42,651 nucleotides of DNA from positions 1 to 42,651 of the forward strand of contig VBMN01000078.1 in the NCBI GenBank assembly GCA_005878385.1, read 5' to 3'. Below are positions 32,461 to 40,140 of this stretch, piece by piece. Position 1 is the stretch's first letter; every line of letters starts with the position of its first letter. The translations under genes were made by a program, and so were the position numbers. The notes under the pieces were generated by a model. That model saw nothing but the letters and a program-made list of their open reading frames with translations. It made no database searches and had not been told where the DNA came from. This DNA is from Methanobacteriota archaeon (GTDB lineage: Archaea > Thermoplasmatota > Thermoplasmata > RBG-16-68-12).

Positions 32461-33168
32461 GTTCGCGACCGCGGCGATCAGATAGGCAAGCGTCATTCCC
32501 GCGCCGAGCAAGAGGACTGCCTGAATCGTCCCCGCATTCGCGGGGATGTGCGCCGGATATTCGCGATAGTGGGCGCGAAGGACCGCTCGGGCGCGGGAGA
32601 GAGGGATGAACGCGATGAGCCCGATCAAGGCGACCCAGGAGACGAACCGGAACACCGCGAGGACGGCGAGCAGGACAAGGGCGGACCCCCCGACGCCGTG
32701 ATATTGGAGGGCGACGGGAGGGAGCGTGTAGAAGATGCCGATCGCTCCACCGATCCCGCCGAGCACGAGCAGGATCCAGCCGTTCGGGCGGGTCAGGAAG
32801 AGGAAGAGCCCGATCAGGCCTCCCGCAACATAAAGGCCGATCCACACCCGGCGATGGGTCTCGAACGGGACCGCGCGATCCGGGAGGACTCGTGCCCCGC
32901 CGGTGAAGGGGCTCACGAGATGCGGAGGCAGATCATCGACTCCGCGTCGAAAGTCAATCGAATCGTTGCTCATGTTCGTGGCCGCATGGAGGCAGACGAC
33001 TCCGATCGCGGTGAGAAGGAGACCAATCGCATCGAAGTTCCGTGACTCGTGCCACGCGATCGCGGTCCCGAGCGCCACACCGACGAGCGAGGCGACGAAG
33101 CTGTGGGGCTGCGTCGCCTTGATCCAGCTCCGCAGCGAGGACATCCTATTCCCAGACCGTCTGGCCAC
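32455..33168 (-). CDS. UbiA-superfamily paralogue (short, second Asp-rich motif not visible)
   Basis: WIKATQPHSF and NMSNDSIDFRRGVDD (first Asp-rich motif intact). 229-237 aa. ATG 33144 lies 1 nt after the cupin stop and is an alternative start. Confidence 0.65.
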   Translation of the reverse strand: MARRSGNRMSSLRSWIKATQPHSFVASLVGVALGTAIAWHESRNFDAIGLLLTAIGVVCLHAATNMSNDSIDFRRGVDDLPPHLVSPFTGGARVLPDRAVPFETHRRVWIGLYVAGGLIGLFLFLTRPNGWILLVLGGIGGAIGIFYTLPPVALQYHGVGGSALVLLAVLAVFRFVSWVALIGLIAFIPLSRARAVLRAHYREYPAHIPANAGTIQAVLLLGAGMTLAYLIAAVANL

Positions 33169-33499
33169 GGGGAAGCACTCGGACCTCGATGAGGCTGAGC
33201 GGTCCCGGACCCGGATTGATGACGGTATGTTCCTCTCCGTGGACGAACCGCGCGACCGATCCGGCGCTCACATCATACGCGTGCCCATCCGCAATGACTT
33301 GTCCGTTTCCTTCGATGAAATAGAAAATCTGCGTGTATCGGTGTCGGTGGGGCGGTGACTTCACGCCCGGGTCCATTTTCGCGAGGCCCATCAACATGAA
33401 GTTGCTGTCATTCGGCCCCATGATTTTCTTGTCCACGATGCCCGGCCCGATCCCCTTTTCCCACGGTTCGGTCGGAAGGCTGCGTACGATGGCTCCCAT
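33146..33499 (-). CDS. Cupin-domain protein
   Basis: GVKSPPHRHRYTQIFYFIEGNG..GEEHTVIN, a cupin_2 His/Glu pattern. Start chosen at ATG 33499 (MGAIVRSL). Confidence 0.75.
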   Translation of the reverse strand: MGAIVRSLPTEPWEKGIGPGIVDKKIMGPNDSNFMLMGLAKMDPGVKSPPHRHRYTQIFYFIEGNGQVIADGHAYDVSAGSVARFVHGEEHTVINPGPGPLSLIEVRVLPRGQTVWE

Positions 33500-33613
33500 G
33501 ATCCTCTCCAAGAAACGCCGACACCGAGCTGCTATAAGTATCCTGCGCGGGCACTTCGGCGAGCCTGATTTTTCCTCAGCCAAGACGACCACTTGAAGGG
33601 GAGGTGGAATCGG

Positions 33614-33829
33614 CTAGTTCCTGCCGAATTGGGCAAAGCGCATGCCCCACGTGGCCCACATCGCCCCGAGGACTCCCGCCAACACGAGCAGGGAGACGAG
33701 GACGATCACGATGCTCTGGAACAACGAATAGCCCCCGGACCAGAACGCGGCGTAGAGCAGGACGAAGCTGAGCCATCCGACTCCCAGCAAGATTGATGCG
33801 GCGACCCGCACACGCAGCCCCCGCATCAT
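33614..33829 (-). CDS. Small 2-TM membrane protein
   Basis: 71 aa and hydrophobic. Divergent from the ArsR operon. Confidence 0.45.
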   Translation of the reverse strand: MMRGLRVRVAASILLGVGWLSFVLLYAAFWSGGYSLFQSIVIVLVSLLVLAGVLGAMWATWGMRFAQFGRN

Positions 33830-33911
33830 GTGCCTCGGCTACAAGAACGCTCCCCCAAGGAGGAACCGCCACGAGCGCCATAATGGTTCCGGGGCGCCGG
33901 GATGCGCTCAC

Positions 33912-33927
33912 TTAACCAAATCGTTAA
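33912..33927. promoter_or_regulatory. Operator-like palindrome 1: TTAACCA-AA-TCGTTAA
   Basis: One mismatch from a perfect 7-2-7 palindrome. It abuts the TATA box of the ArsR gene. Confidence 0.5.
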
Positions 33928-33932
33928 ATATT
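33925..33932 (+). promoter_or_regulatory. TATA box (TAAATATT) for the ArsR-AHSA1 operon
   Basis: Centred 27 nt upstream of ATG 33955. Confidence 0.55.
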
Positions 33933-33946
33933 CAAGCGGATATCTC

Positions 33947-33962
33947 TTAACCAGATGGTTAA
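33947..33962. promoter_or_regulatory. Operator-like palindrome 2: TTAACCA-GA-TGGTTAA (perfect)
   Basis: Perfect 7-2-7 inverted repeat that covers the ATG (33955) and predicted TSS. Its centre is 35 bp from the centre of palindrome 1. Confidence 0.55.
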
Positions 33963-34332
33963 CCGAGCCAAAGCATCCGTCGACCTGGGCCCCGTCTTTG
34001 CCGCCTTGGCACACCCGATTCGGCGGGCCATCGTCGAACAGCTGGCCGGTGGTGACGCCACGGTCGGCGAACTCGCGGAGCCCCACAAGGTGAGCCTTCC
34101 CGCCATCTCGAAGCACCTCCGTGTGCTCGAAGACGCGGGCTTGCTGCAGGTCGAACCTGAGGGCCGCGTGCACCGCTGCCAGCTTGACGCCGCGCCGCTC
34201 AGTGCGGCGTTCGGTTGGCTCACGCGCTATCGCGTCCTGTGGGAGGATCGCTTTGACCGGTTGGCCAGGCACTTAGAGGAAACCCGCAAAACAGAAACCA
34301 GGGAGGAAACAACACATGCCCGCAAAAAGTAA
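33955..34332 (+). CDS. ArsR/SmtB-family transcriptional regulator
   Basis: FAALAHPIRRAIVEQLAGGDATVGELAEPHKVSLPAISKHLRVLEDAGLL. Confidence 0.85.
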   Translation: MVNRAKASVDLGPVFAALAHPIRRAIVEQLAGGDATVGELAEPHKVSLPAISKHLRVLEDAGLLQVEPEGRVHRCQLDAAPLSAAFGWLTRYRVLWEDRFDRLARHLEETRKTETREETTHARKK

Positions 34333-34963
34333 GACTGCTAGAACGTCAGACCGAGAGATCGTGACGACGTACGTCTTCGATGCTCCTCGCGATCTCGTTT
34401 GGAGAACATGGATGGATCCGAAACTGATCCCTCGATGGTGGGGTCCGAGGAAGTACACGACGACCGTTGAGAAAATGGACGTACGACCCGGAGGTACCTG
34501 GCGGTTCCTCCAGCGTGACGACGAGGGGAACGAGTACGGCTTCCATGGCGAGTACCGGGAGGTCGTCCCGCCTGAGCGGATCGTCGACACCTTCGAGTTC
34601 GAGGGAATGCCGGGGCACATTCTGGTCGAGAGCGCCGTGTTCGAAGAGGTCGGCCAGAAGACCAAGGTCACCCAGAAGGCCCTCTTTGCGACCGTCGAGG
34701 ACCTCGAAGGAATGGTCGCATCGGGGATGGAGGAAGGGGCCCGCGAAACAATGGAACGCTTCACGGAACTCGTGCAGGAGATGAAGAAGGACGCGCGGGG
34801 CTCGCGGGCGGAAGCTTCCGGTATTGCATGCGATCGCCGGAAGGGAAGGATTACTGGGGCATCGGCGTCTACCGCGAGATCGTCCCCGGGAAGCGAATCG
34901 TCTACACGGACAGCTTCGCCGATGAGAAGGGCAACGTGGTGCCCGCGACGTACTACGGAATGA
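34316..34963 (+). CDS. SRPBCC/AHSA1-domain protein with an aberrant about 55-aa out-of-frame C-terminal tail
   Basis: FDAPRDLVWRTWMDPKLIPRWWGP..RPGGTWRFLQRDDEGNEYGFHGEYREVVPPERIV. GGAGG at 34302-34306. After ..ELVQEMKKD the frame reads through a second AHSA1 remnant in the wrong frame. Confidence 0.75.
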   Translation: MPAKSKTARTSDREIVTTYVFDAPRDLVWRTWMDPKLIPRWWGPRKYTTTVEKMDVRPGGTWRFLQRDDEGNEYGFHGEYREVVPPERIVDTFEFEGMPGHILVESAVFEEVGQKTKVTQKALFATVEDLEGMVASGMEEGARETMERFTELVQEMKKDARGSRAEASGIACDRRKGRITGASASTARSSPGSESSTRTASPMRRATWCPRRTTE

Positions 34964-35133
34964 GCGCGGACATGCCGCTCGAGATGCTCGTCACCGCGAC
35001 TTTCGAAGAGGAAGACAGCAAGACGAAGGTCGGCTTACATCACGCGGGGCTTCCAGCGGGACCAGATCGTGACGGAGCGACGCAGGGCTGGAATGAAATG
35101 TTCGACAAGCTGGTCGAGTTCCTCGAGGGGTGA
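34828..35133 (+). pseudogene. 5'-truncated second AHSA1-domain paralogue
   Basis: GGSFRYC-MRSPEGKDYWGIGVYREIVPGKRIVYT aligns with RPGGTWRFLQRDDEGNEYGFHGEYREVVPPERIV of the upstream gene. The first about 45 residues of the domain are absent in all frames. Confidence 0.5.
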
Positions 35134-35185
35134 ACGTTCAACCAAGAAGGGAGTTTGTGGGCCCGGCCCCGCATCGACTTGCGAC

Positions 35186-35884
35186 TCAGTAGATTCGGGT
35201 GTTGTCGTCGGGGGGGTCCTGCGAGACTTCCGGAGGGTCCGGGGACGGATCCGGGGCCGGATCGAGGGGCAAATCCGAGCCCGGATTGGGTGATGGATCC
35301 GGATTGGGACCGGGGGCGGGAGGGGCGCGGCGCCATGCCCAAACGCTCAACATCAGAGAGGCCGCCATGAGTGCCAAACCACCGACAAGCACGATCACCG
35401 CGAGAATGGAGTCGCCAGTTTTCAGGCCTACCACGATTAGGTCGACGTGGACTCGGAGTTCTTGCCGCGTGGGAGAGTCGACAGCCACAACGTGATATTG
35501 TCCCGAGCCCCCAAGATTCAGATCGAACACGATGCTCGTTCCACTCTGCTCGAACAGGGGAGACACGGCATTGGAGCCGTCGCGGAACGACGCGTATCCG
35601 GAATCATCGAAGACGAAGAGGTCGAAGGATCGACCCTGACTTTCGGAGAGATTTCCGCTCAACCGCCCCGTCCCCAAGATGCCAAATTCGAACTGGTAAT
35701 AGGTCCCGGAGGGGACAAAGACATTTTGGGATGTCCGGACCGGCTGTGCGGCCGCAAGGAGCATGAACGATCCGACGATAATTTGCACGACCGCGATTGC
35801 GACGAGGATGTTGATGCGTTTCAACGAGTCGCCTCCGGGTCGTCTTCTCGTCTCGTCATCGAAGATTGGTCGCGCCCGCGGCAC
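35186..35884 (-). CDS. Two-TM membrane protein with a beta-rich ectodomain and a Pro/Asp-rich cytoplasmic tail
   Basis: TM1 INILVAIAVVQIIVGSFMLLAAA, TM2 ILAVIVLVGGLALMAASLMLSVWAW, tail PAPGPNPDPSPNPGSDLPLDPAPDPSPDPP. It is the last gene on the same strand after the kinase gene. Confidence 0.6.
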   Translation of the reverse strand: MPRARPIFDDETRRRPGGDSLKRINILVAIAVVQIIVGSFMLLAAAQPVRTSQNVFVPSGTYYQFEFGILGTGRLSGNLSESQGRSFDLFVFDDSGYASFRDGSNAVSPLFEQSGTSIVFDLNLGGSGQYHVVAVDSPTRQELRVHVDLIVVGLKTGDSILAVIVLVGGLALMAASLMLSVWAWRRAPPAPGPNPDPSPNPGSDLPLDPAPDPSPDPPEVSQDPPDDNTRIY

Positions 35885-35992
35885 TCGCGGTGGCCGTTTC
35901 GTTGGACCGATGAGACCGCCGGACTCCGCTCATGGGGGAGGTACGCCCATTGCCCTCGAACCGGGGAAACGAACCCTCTTCCCTTTCTTTGG

Positions 35993-37765
35993 TCAAACAT
36001 TTCGCTTCCCCTCCGGAGACTGCTCGGGAGCGCGCGCAATGATGACCGAGATATTGTCCGTCCCGCCGCCTTTGTTCGCGAGTGCGACCAGAATGTCGCA
36101 GGCGGTCTGGGGATCGCTCGTTTCGACCACGACCCGTTGAATCTCATCATCTTCCACATGGTTGATGAGGCCGTCGCAACACAACAAAATGCTGTCGCTA
36201 CGCTCCATCGTGAGGCATCCGATATCCGGAGTCACCTCGTCGTAGACCCCGAGGGCCATCGTGATCACGTTCTTCCTGGGATGGTGCCTGGCGTCGTCCG
36301 GGGAAAGCTCCCCCCGGTCGACCATCTCCTGAACAAGGGAGTGGTCCCGCGTCACCTGGTAAATCTCCCGCGCGTTGACGATGTACGCCCGGGAGTCACC
36401 GGCGTTCGCGACATGAAGGGTGCGACCATCGGCAATTGCAAGGCTCAAGGTCGTCCCCATCCCTTCGCATTCCGGATGCAGTTGGGCTTCCTCGATGATG
36501 GCTTGATTGGCGATGCCGATGGCCGCTCGGAGTTCGTTGTGGTAGATGGCGCGCGCGATGTCGGTCTCGCTTGTCAGCAGTGGCAGGAGCGTGCGGGCCA
36601 CCGCCTGCACCGCGATCCGGCTCGCCACGGCGAGGACGTCGCCATCCGTGAGGGGTTGCCGTTTGAACTTGGGCAGCCGTTGATAGGTCCTCCCGCCGTC
36701 GTGCGACATCGCCGTGCCGTTCAAGCTTCCCAGGTCCTCGACCCAACACCGGCCCTTCGGGTCCTTCAGGATCCGCGCATGATGCTTGGAGAGGAACCGC
36801 TCCGTATCCAGGATGCCGATGTCTGGAGGCCGTCCGAACCCTCTCTTCGTGCAACCCTGGTCGCAGGCCTTGTGCTCCCTGCCGATCTCCATCTCCTTTT
36901 TCACCTTGCACTTCTGTCCGAGCACTACCAGGTGGGGAAAGCCGAGGGACTCCGGGGCACCGCCTCCGATCGCCTCGGCCATGTCCTTGGCCGTCGTAAA
37001 CCGCTGCTTCGGATCGAACGCCATCGCTCGCGTCACCACGTCGGAAAGCGACCGCGGGACGCTCGGCACGAGATCGCGGGGGGATCGGTACAGCTCCGTC
37101 CTCCCTTGCGCGAGTTGCTTCATGGAGCCTTGAGGGTCCTGGGTTGTCAGGAGAAAGAAGAGGACCGCGCCCACGCTGTACAGGTCGCTCGCCGGCGTCG
37201 CCTCTCCGAGGTTCTGCTCCGGTGCCCCCCAGCCCGGGGTGTAGATGACAGTGCCGGATCCTCGGAACTGATGGAATTCCTTCTTCGCCGCCCCGAAATC
37301 GATCAGCACCACCTCTCGCCGGGCGTCGAGGATGATGTTCTTGGGCTTGACGTCCCGATGGATGACGTTCCGCCCGTGAAGGTAGGACAGGGCCTCGAGC
37401 AACTGCAGGACGTATCGAGTGGCCGTGGCCGCGTCGGCCGACTGATCTCGGAATCGTTCGGCCAGCGTATCGCCATCGAGTCGTTCCTCGACCAGACAAA
37501 AAGGCCCCAAGTTGTTGCCTTCGTCCACATACCGGACGACCCGCGGATGACCCGGAGAACCCAGGGCGCGCAGGATATCGGCCTCGATCCGAAGCCGTTC
37601 CTGGGCCTGTTCGAGATCGGGCCCGCTCGCCTCCTTGACGACGATCGCCTGTCCACGGCTGGACTTGCCCGCATAGACGGTCGACATCCCTCCCTCAGCC
37701 AACTTGCTGACGACCTCATAGCGACCTCTCCGACCTTTCAAGGTACACGGAAGGGAGAGGGTCAT
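35993..37765 (-). CDS. Ser/Thr protein kinase - FHA - PP2C-like triple-domain fusion
   Basis: Kinase motifs: LAEGGMSTVY, AIVVKEA, HRDVKPKNIIL, DFGAAK, TPGWGAPEQ. FHA motifs: EIGRE..LSKHHARI..EDLGSLNGT. PP2C-like motifs: GMGTT, VANAGDSRAY, TRDHS, LLCCDGL, GGTDNISVIIA. Confidence 0.9.
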   Translation of the reverse strand: MTLSLPCTLKGRRGRYEVVSKLAEGGMSTVYAGKSSRGQAIVVKEASGPDLEQAQERLRIEADILRALGSPGHPRVVRYVDEGNNLGPFCLVEERLDGDTLAERFRDQSADAATATRYVLQLLEALSYLHGRNVIHRDVKPKNIILDARREVVLIDFGAAKKEFHQFRGSGTVIYTPGWGAPEQNLGEATPASDLYSVGAVLFFLLTTQDPQGSMKQLAQGRTELYRSPRDLVPSVPRSLSDVVTRAMAFDPKQRFTTAKDMAEAIGGGAPESLGFPHLVVLGQKCKVKKEMEIGREHKACDQGCTKRGFGRPPDIGILDTERFLSKHHARILKDPKGRCWVEDLGSLNGTAMSHDGGRTYQRLPKFKRQPLTDGDVLAVASRIAVQAVARTLLPLLTSETDIARAIYHNELRAAIGIANQAIIEEAQLHPECEGMGTTLSLAIADGRTLHVANAGDSRAYIVNAREIYQVTRDHSLVQEMVDRGELSPDDARHHPRKNVITMALGVYDEVTPDIGCLTMERSDSILLCCDGLINHVEDDEIQRVVVETSDPQTACDILVALANKGGGTDNISVIIARAPEQSPEGKRNV

Positions 37766-37778
37766 ACCGTCCGCGGAC

Positions 37779-38435
37779 CTATTTCACCACGAACTGGAGC
37801 GTCACCAACTCAGCGATGTCAATCTCATCGTCGTCTTGAAGTTCAGTACGACCCGTGCCGGTCACGAGGATTCGATCGCTGCCTCGGATGACCCAGGTCT
37901 TATTCGTGCTGGCTTTCCTTTGCACCATCGTCTTCCCGTCTTCGACGAAAAACCTCTCGCCTTCCTGAAAAACGGTGAGATGCCCGCGAGAAATCTCATT
38001 CGCCTTTTCCGGGTCGGGAAGAAATTTGGACACGTCCGCGCGGCCGATCAGCCACTGGGACGGTGGAATCGGCTGCTCCGTATCGTCGGGAAAGACTAAA
38101 TAGCCCGCTTTGGGCGTCTGGGCCGGAGGCTCCTCCTCGGTCTCGACCGATTCGGCGGGCGCCTCGCTCTCGGGCTCCGTCACATCGATTTCAGGCTCGG
38201 GTTCGGCCGTCGAATCGGAGGTGCCTTCCTCGCCAGTGAACATCGAATCGACCGCGCCTTCACCTTCGTCCGCGACTGACGCAAACGCAGGGTCCTGGTC
38301 CTCGGTGGGGGTCGGTGTAGACTGTTGTTCCGGTTCGGCGACCTGGAGATCCAGCCTCCCGCCGCACGCATCGCAGAATCGGGCGTCTTGCCGATTCTCG
38401 CTCCCGCAGTCCGGACAGCTTGCCATGGGCATCAC
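37779..38435 (-). CDS. Zinc-ribbon + acidic linker + FHA-domain protein (ArnA-like architecture)
   Basis: CPDCGSENRQDARFCDACGG, then an E/D/P-rich linker, then LIGRAD..ISRGHLTV..FFVEDGKT. The GTG start overlaps the vWA stop as GTGA. Confidence 0.8.
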   Translation of the reverse strand: MMPMASCPDCGSENRQDARFCDACGGRLDLQVAEPEQQSTPTPTEDQDPAFASVADEGEGAVDSMFTGEEGTSDSTAEPEPEIDVTEPESEAPAESVETEEEPPAQTPKAGYLVFPDDTEQPIPPSQWLIGRADVSKFLPDPEKANEISRGHLTVFQEGERFFVEDGKTMVQRKASTNKTWVIRGSDRILVTGTGRTELQDDDEIDIAELVTLQFVVK

Positions 38436-39727
38436 TTCCTCGGTTTCTTCTTTCCGATGATCGTGGTCGCCTGGAGGAAATCCTTCTTGGCCGACTCGCT
38501 CAGCTGGAGCCCGCTCCTTGCGACGGTCGCCTGGGCGTCTCGCATCGTCGTCACGATCTCGCTCAGGGCGGGGTTCGCTCGGACGGCGGCCGCGGCGCCG
38601 GCATCCGACGCGAGGGTCCGCATGATCGTCTCTGCTTTCTGCATCGCTGTCGCCTCCCTCGTCTGGACGGCCCTCTGCATGAGGACGGTAGCCTCGGCCG
38701 AGCTCAACAGCGTGCGCGGATACGGATTCGTCTCCACGCCCGACAACCGGGGGTCGTCCGTGAAGTTCAGTTCGACGTCCGACACGACTTCGACCAGGGA
38801 GAATCGAATCAAGGTGGCCTTCCCCGCCGGCCTGGCCGGGACCCCCATGCGGAACACGAGGGTCTGCTGCTCGCCCGCGATCAGGTCCCTGAGCGGGACC
38901 GTGAAGGAGCCTCCCTCGAGCCGAGGTCGGGGCAGTCGGTTCAGGACCGGCCGCACACTGTAGGCATCGGCCAGCTCCGAACCGGGCATGATCGAGACTT
39001 TCAATTCAGGGTTCGCGACCAAGGTTCCCGCCATCTGCGCCGCCTGCTCCTGGAAAATCTGGGGGAGATCGCCCTTCCCGGCATCGATGTGGTGCCACAA
39101 CCCTCCGGCGGACTCGGCAATTTTCTGAAGCAACATTTCGTTGTAATCGGTTCCAATCCCGATCGCGGTGATCGTGATGCCGGCCTCGCGCATGTTCTGG
39201 GCGAGGGTCACGAACTCTCGGCCGTCGGTCTTGCCGACCGTGGGATTGCCGTCAGTCAGGAGGATGACCCGGTTCACCATACCGGGTTCCTGAGAGGTCG
39301 TGCGCGCCTGTTTGAAGGCAGCCTCCAATCCGTTGTACATCGAGGTGAGGCCGTTCACGGAGATGGCCTTCACCGCCGCCGCGATCTCTCGTGAATTGCC
39401 GACTCGAGACATGGGTAGTTGGACCGTCACCGTATCGGAGAATGAAACGATTGAGATCTGGTCGGTCGGACGGAGCTGCTTGAGCAGGCCGAGCGCCGCC
39501 GCCTTGGCCTGGTCGATTTTCTCGCCGTCCATGGACCCGCTCGAATCGATGGCGAGGGAGATGCTTCGGTTCCTTCCGGCGATGGCGGCGGCAGACGGGG
39601 TCAGGTCCACGGCCACGTACACGGATGTGCCCGAATTCGGCTTCAGGTGTGCGCGATTGACCGTGCACAGCATCGCGAACGGCGATCGCTTCGTTGGACG
39701 ATTCTGGGTTTCCAGGGCTGGTTTCAT
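38432..39727 (-). CDS. von Willebrand factor A (vWA) domain protein (ArnB-like architecture)
   Basis: MIDAS motif LAIDSSGSMDG, then ..SFSD..GLTSMYNGL..ILLTDGNPT, plus an about 200-aa C-terminal extension. Confidence 0.85.
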   Translation of the reverse strand: MKPALETQNRPTKRSPFAMLCTVNRAHLKPNSGTSVYVAVDLTPSAAAIAGRNRSISLAIDSSGSMDGEKIDQAKAAALGLLKQLRPTDQISIVSFSDTVTVQLPMSRVGNSREIAAAVKAISVNGLTSMYNGLEAAFKQARTTSQEPGMVNRVILLTDGNPTVGKTDGREFVTLAQNMREAGITITAIGIGTDYNEMLLQKIAESAGGLWHHIDAGKGDLPQIFQEQAAQMAGTLVANPELKVSIMPGSELADAYSVRPVLNRLPRPRLEGGSFTVPLRDLIAGEQQTLVFRMGVPARPAGKATLIRFSLVEVVSDVELNFTDDPRLSGVETNPYPRTLLSSAEATVLMQRAVQTREATAMQKAETIMRTLASDAGAAAAVRANPALSEIVTTMRDAQATVARSGLQLSESAKKDFLQATTIIGKKKPRK

Positions 39728-39993
39728 TTTCCCACCTGAGAGCCGGGCGATGGCGGCGAGGCTTTCTTATCTCTTGCGTCGTCGTTCTCACGGATTGATT
39801 CTCACGCCAGGAGGCCTGAGGGCCGAAGGAAACCCCTCACGACTACGCGTGCCCTCTCGACCTCGTATCGAAATCGTTTGTGACACGCGTTTGCGCGTTT
39901 GGTCGTCTTGTTGCAGGCCTGTCATGTGTTCCGCGTGGAGCAACCTCACGAACCTGGACCTGCCTCCACGTTGGAGGGATCGGTGCGGACGAC

Positions 39994-40140
39994 GAGTTGA
40001 GCTCCCGTCAGCGGGAAATCTCGAGTCTCGTGTGGAATCTCGGTTACTTCGATATTCCGGCGCGGATCGGCCTCGAGAACCTTGCGGAACTGACCAGCCT
40101 CAGCCAGAACACGGTGAGTCCGCACTCTCGCCGGGATGTG
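39994..40140 (+). pseudogene. Isolated HTH_10 (Bat-type) helix-turn-helix remnant
   Basis: ELSSRQREISSLVWNLGYFDIPARIGLENLAELTSLSQNTVSPHSRR matches the pattern LTxRQRExLxxAxxxGYFDxPRxxxxxELAxxLGISxxTxxxHLRR. The flanking ORF sequence is Arg-rich junk and runs into the PKD gene. Confidence 0.3.

Noticed and set aside
35447-37891. 814-aa plus-strand ORF antisense to the kinase-FHA-PP2C gene, and the 36396-37499 off-frame ORF
   Set aside because: No recognisable motifs and Arg/His/Pro-rich composition. The minus-strand frame has complete Hanks kinase, FHA and PP2C motifs.
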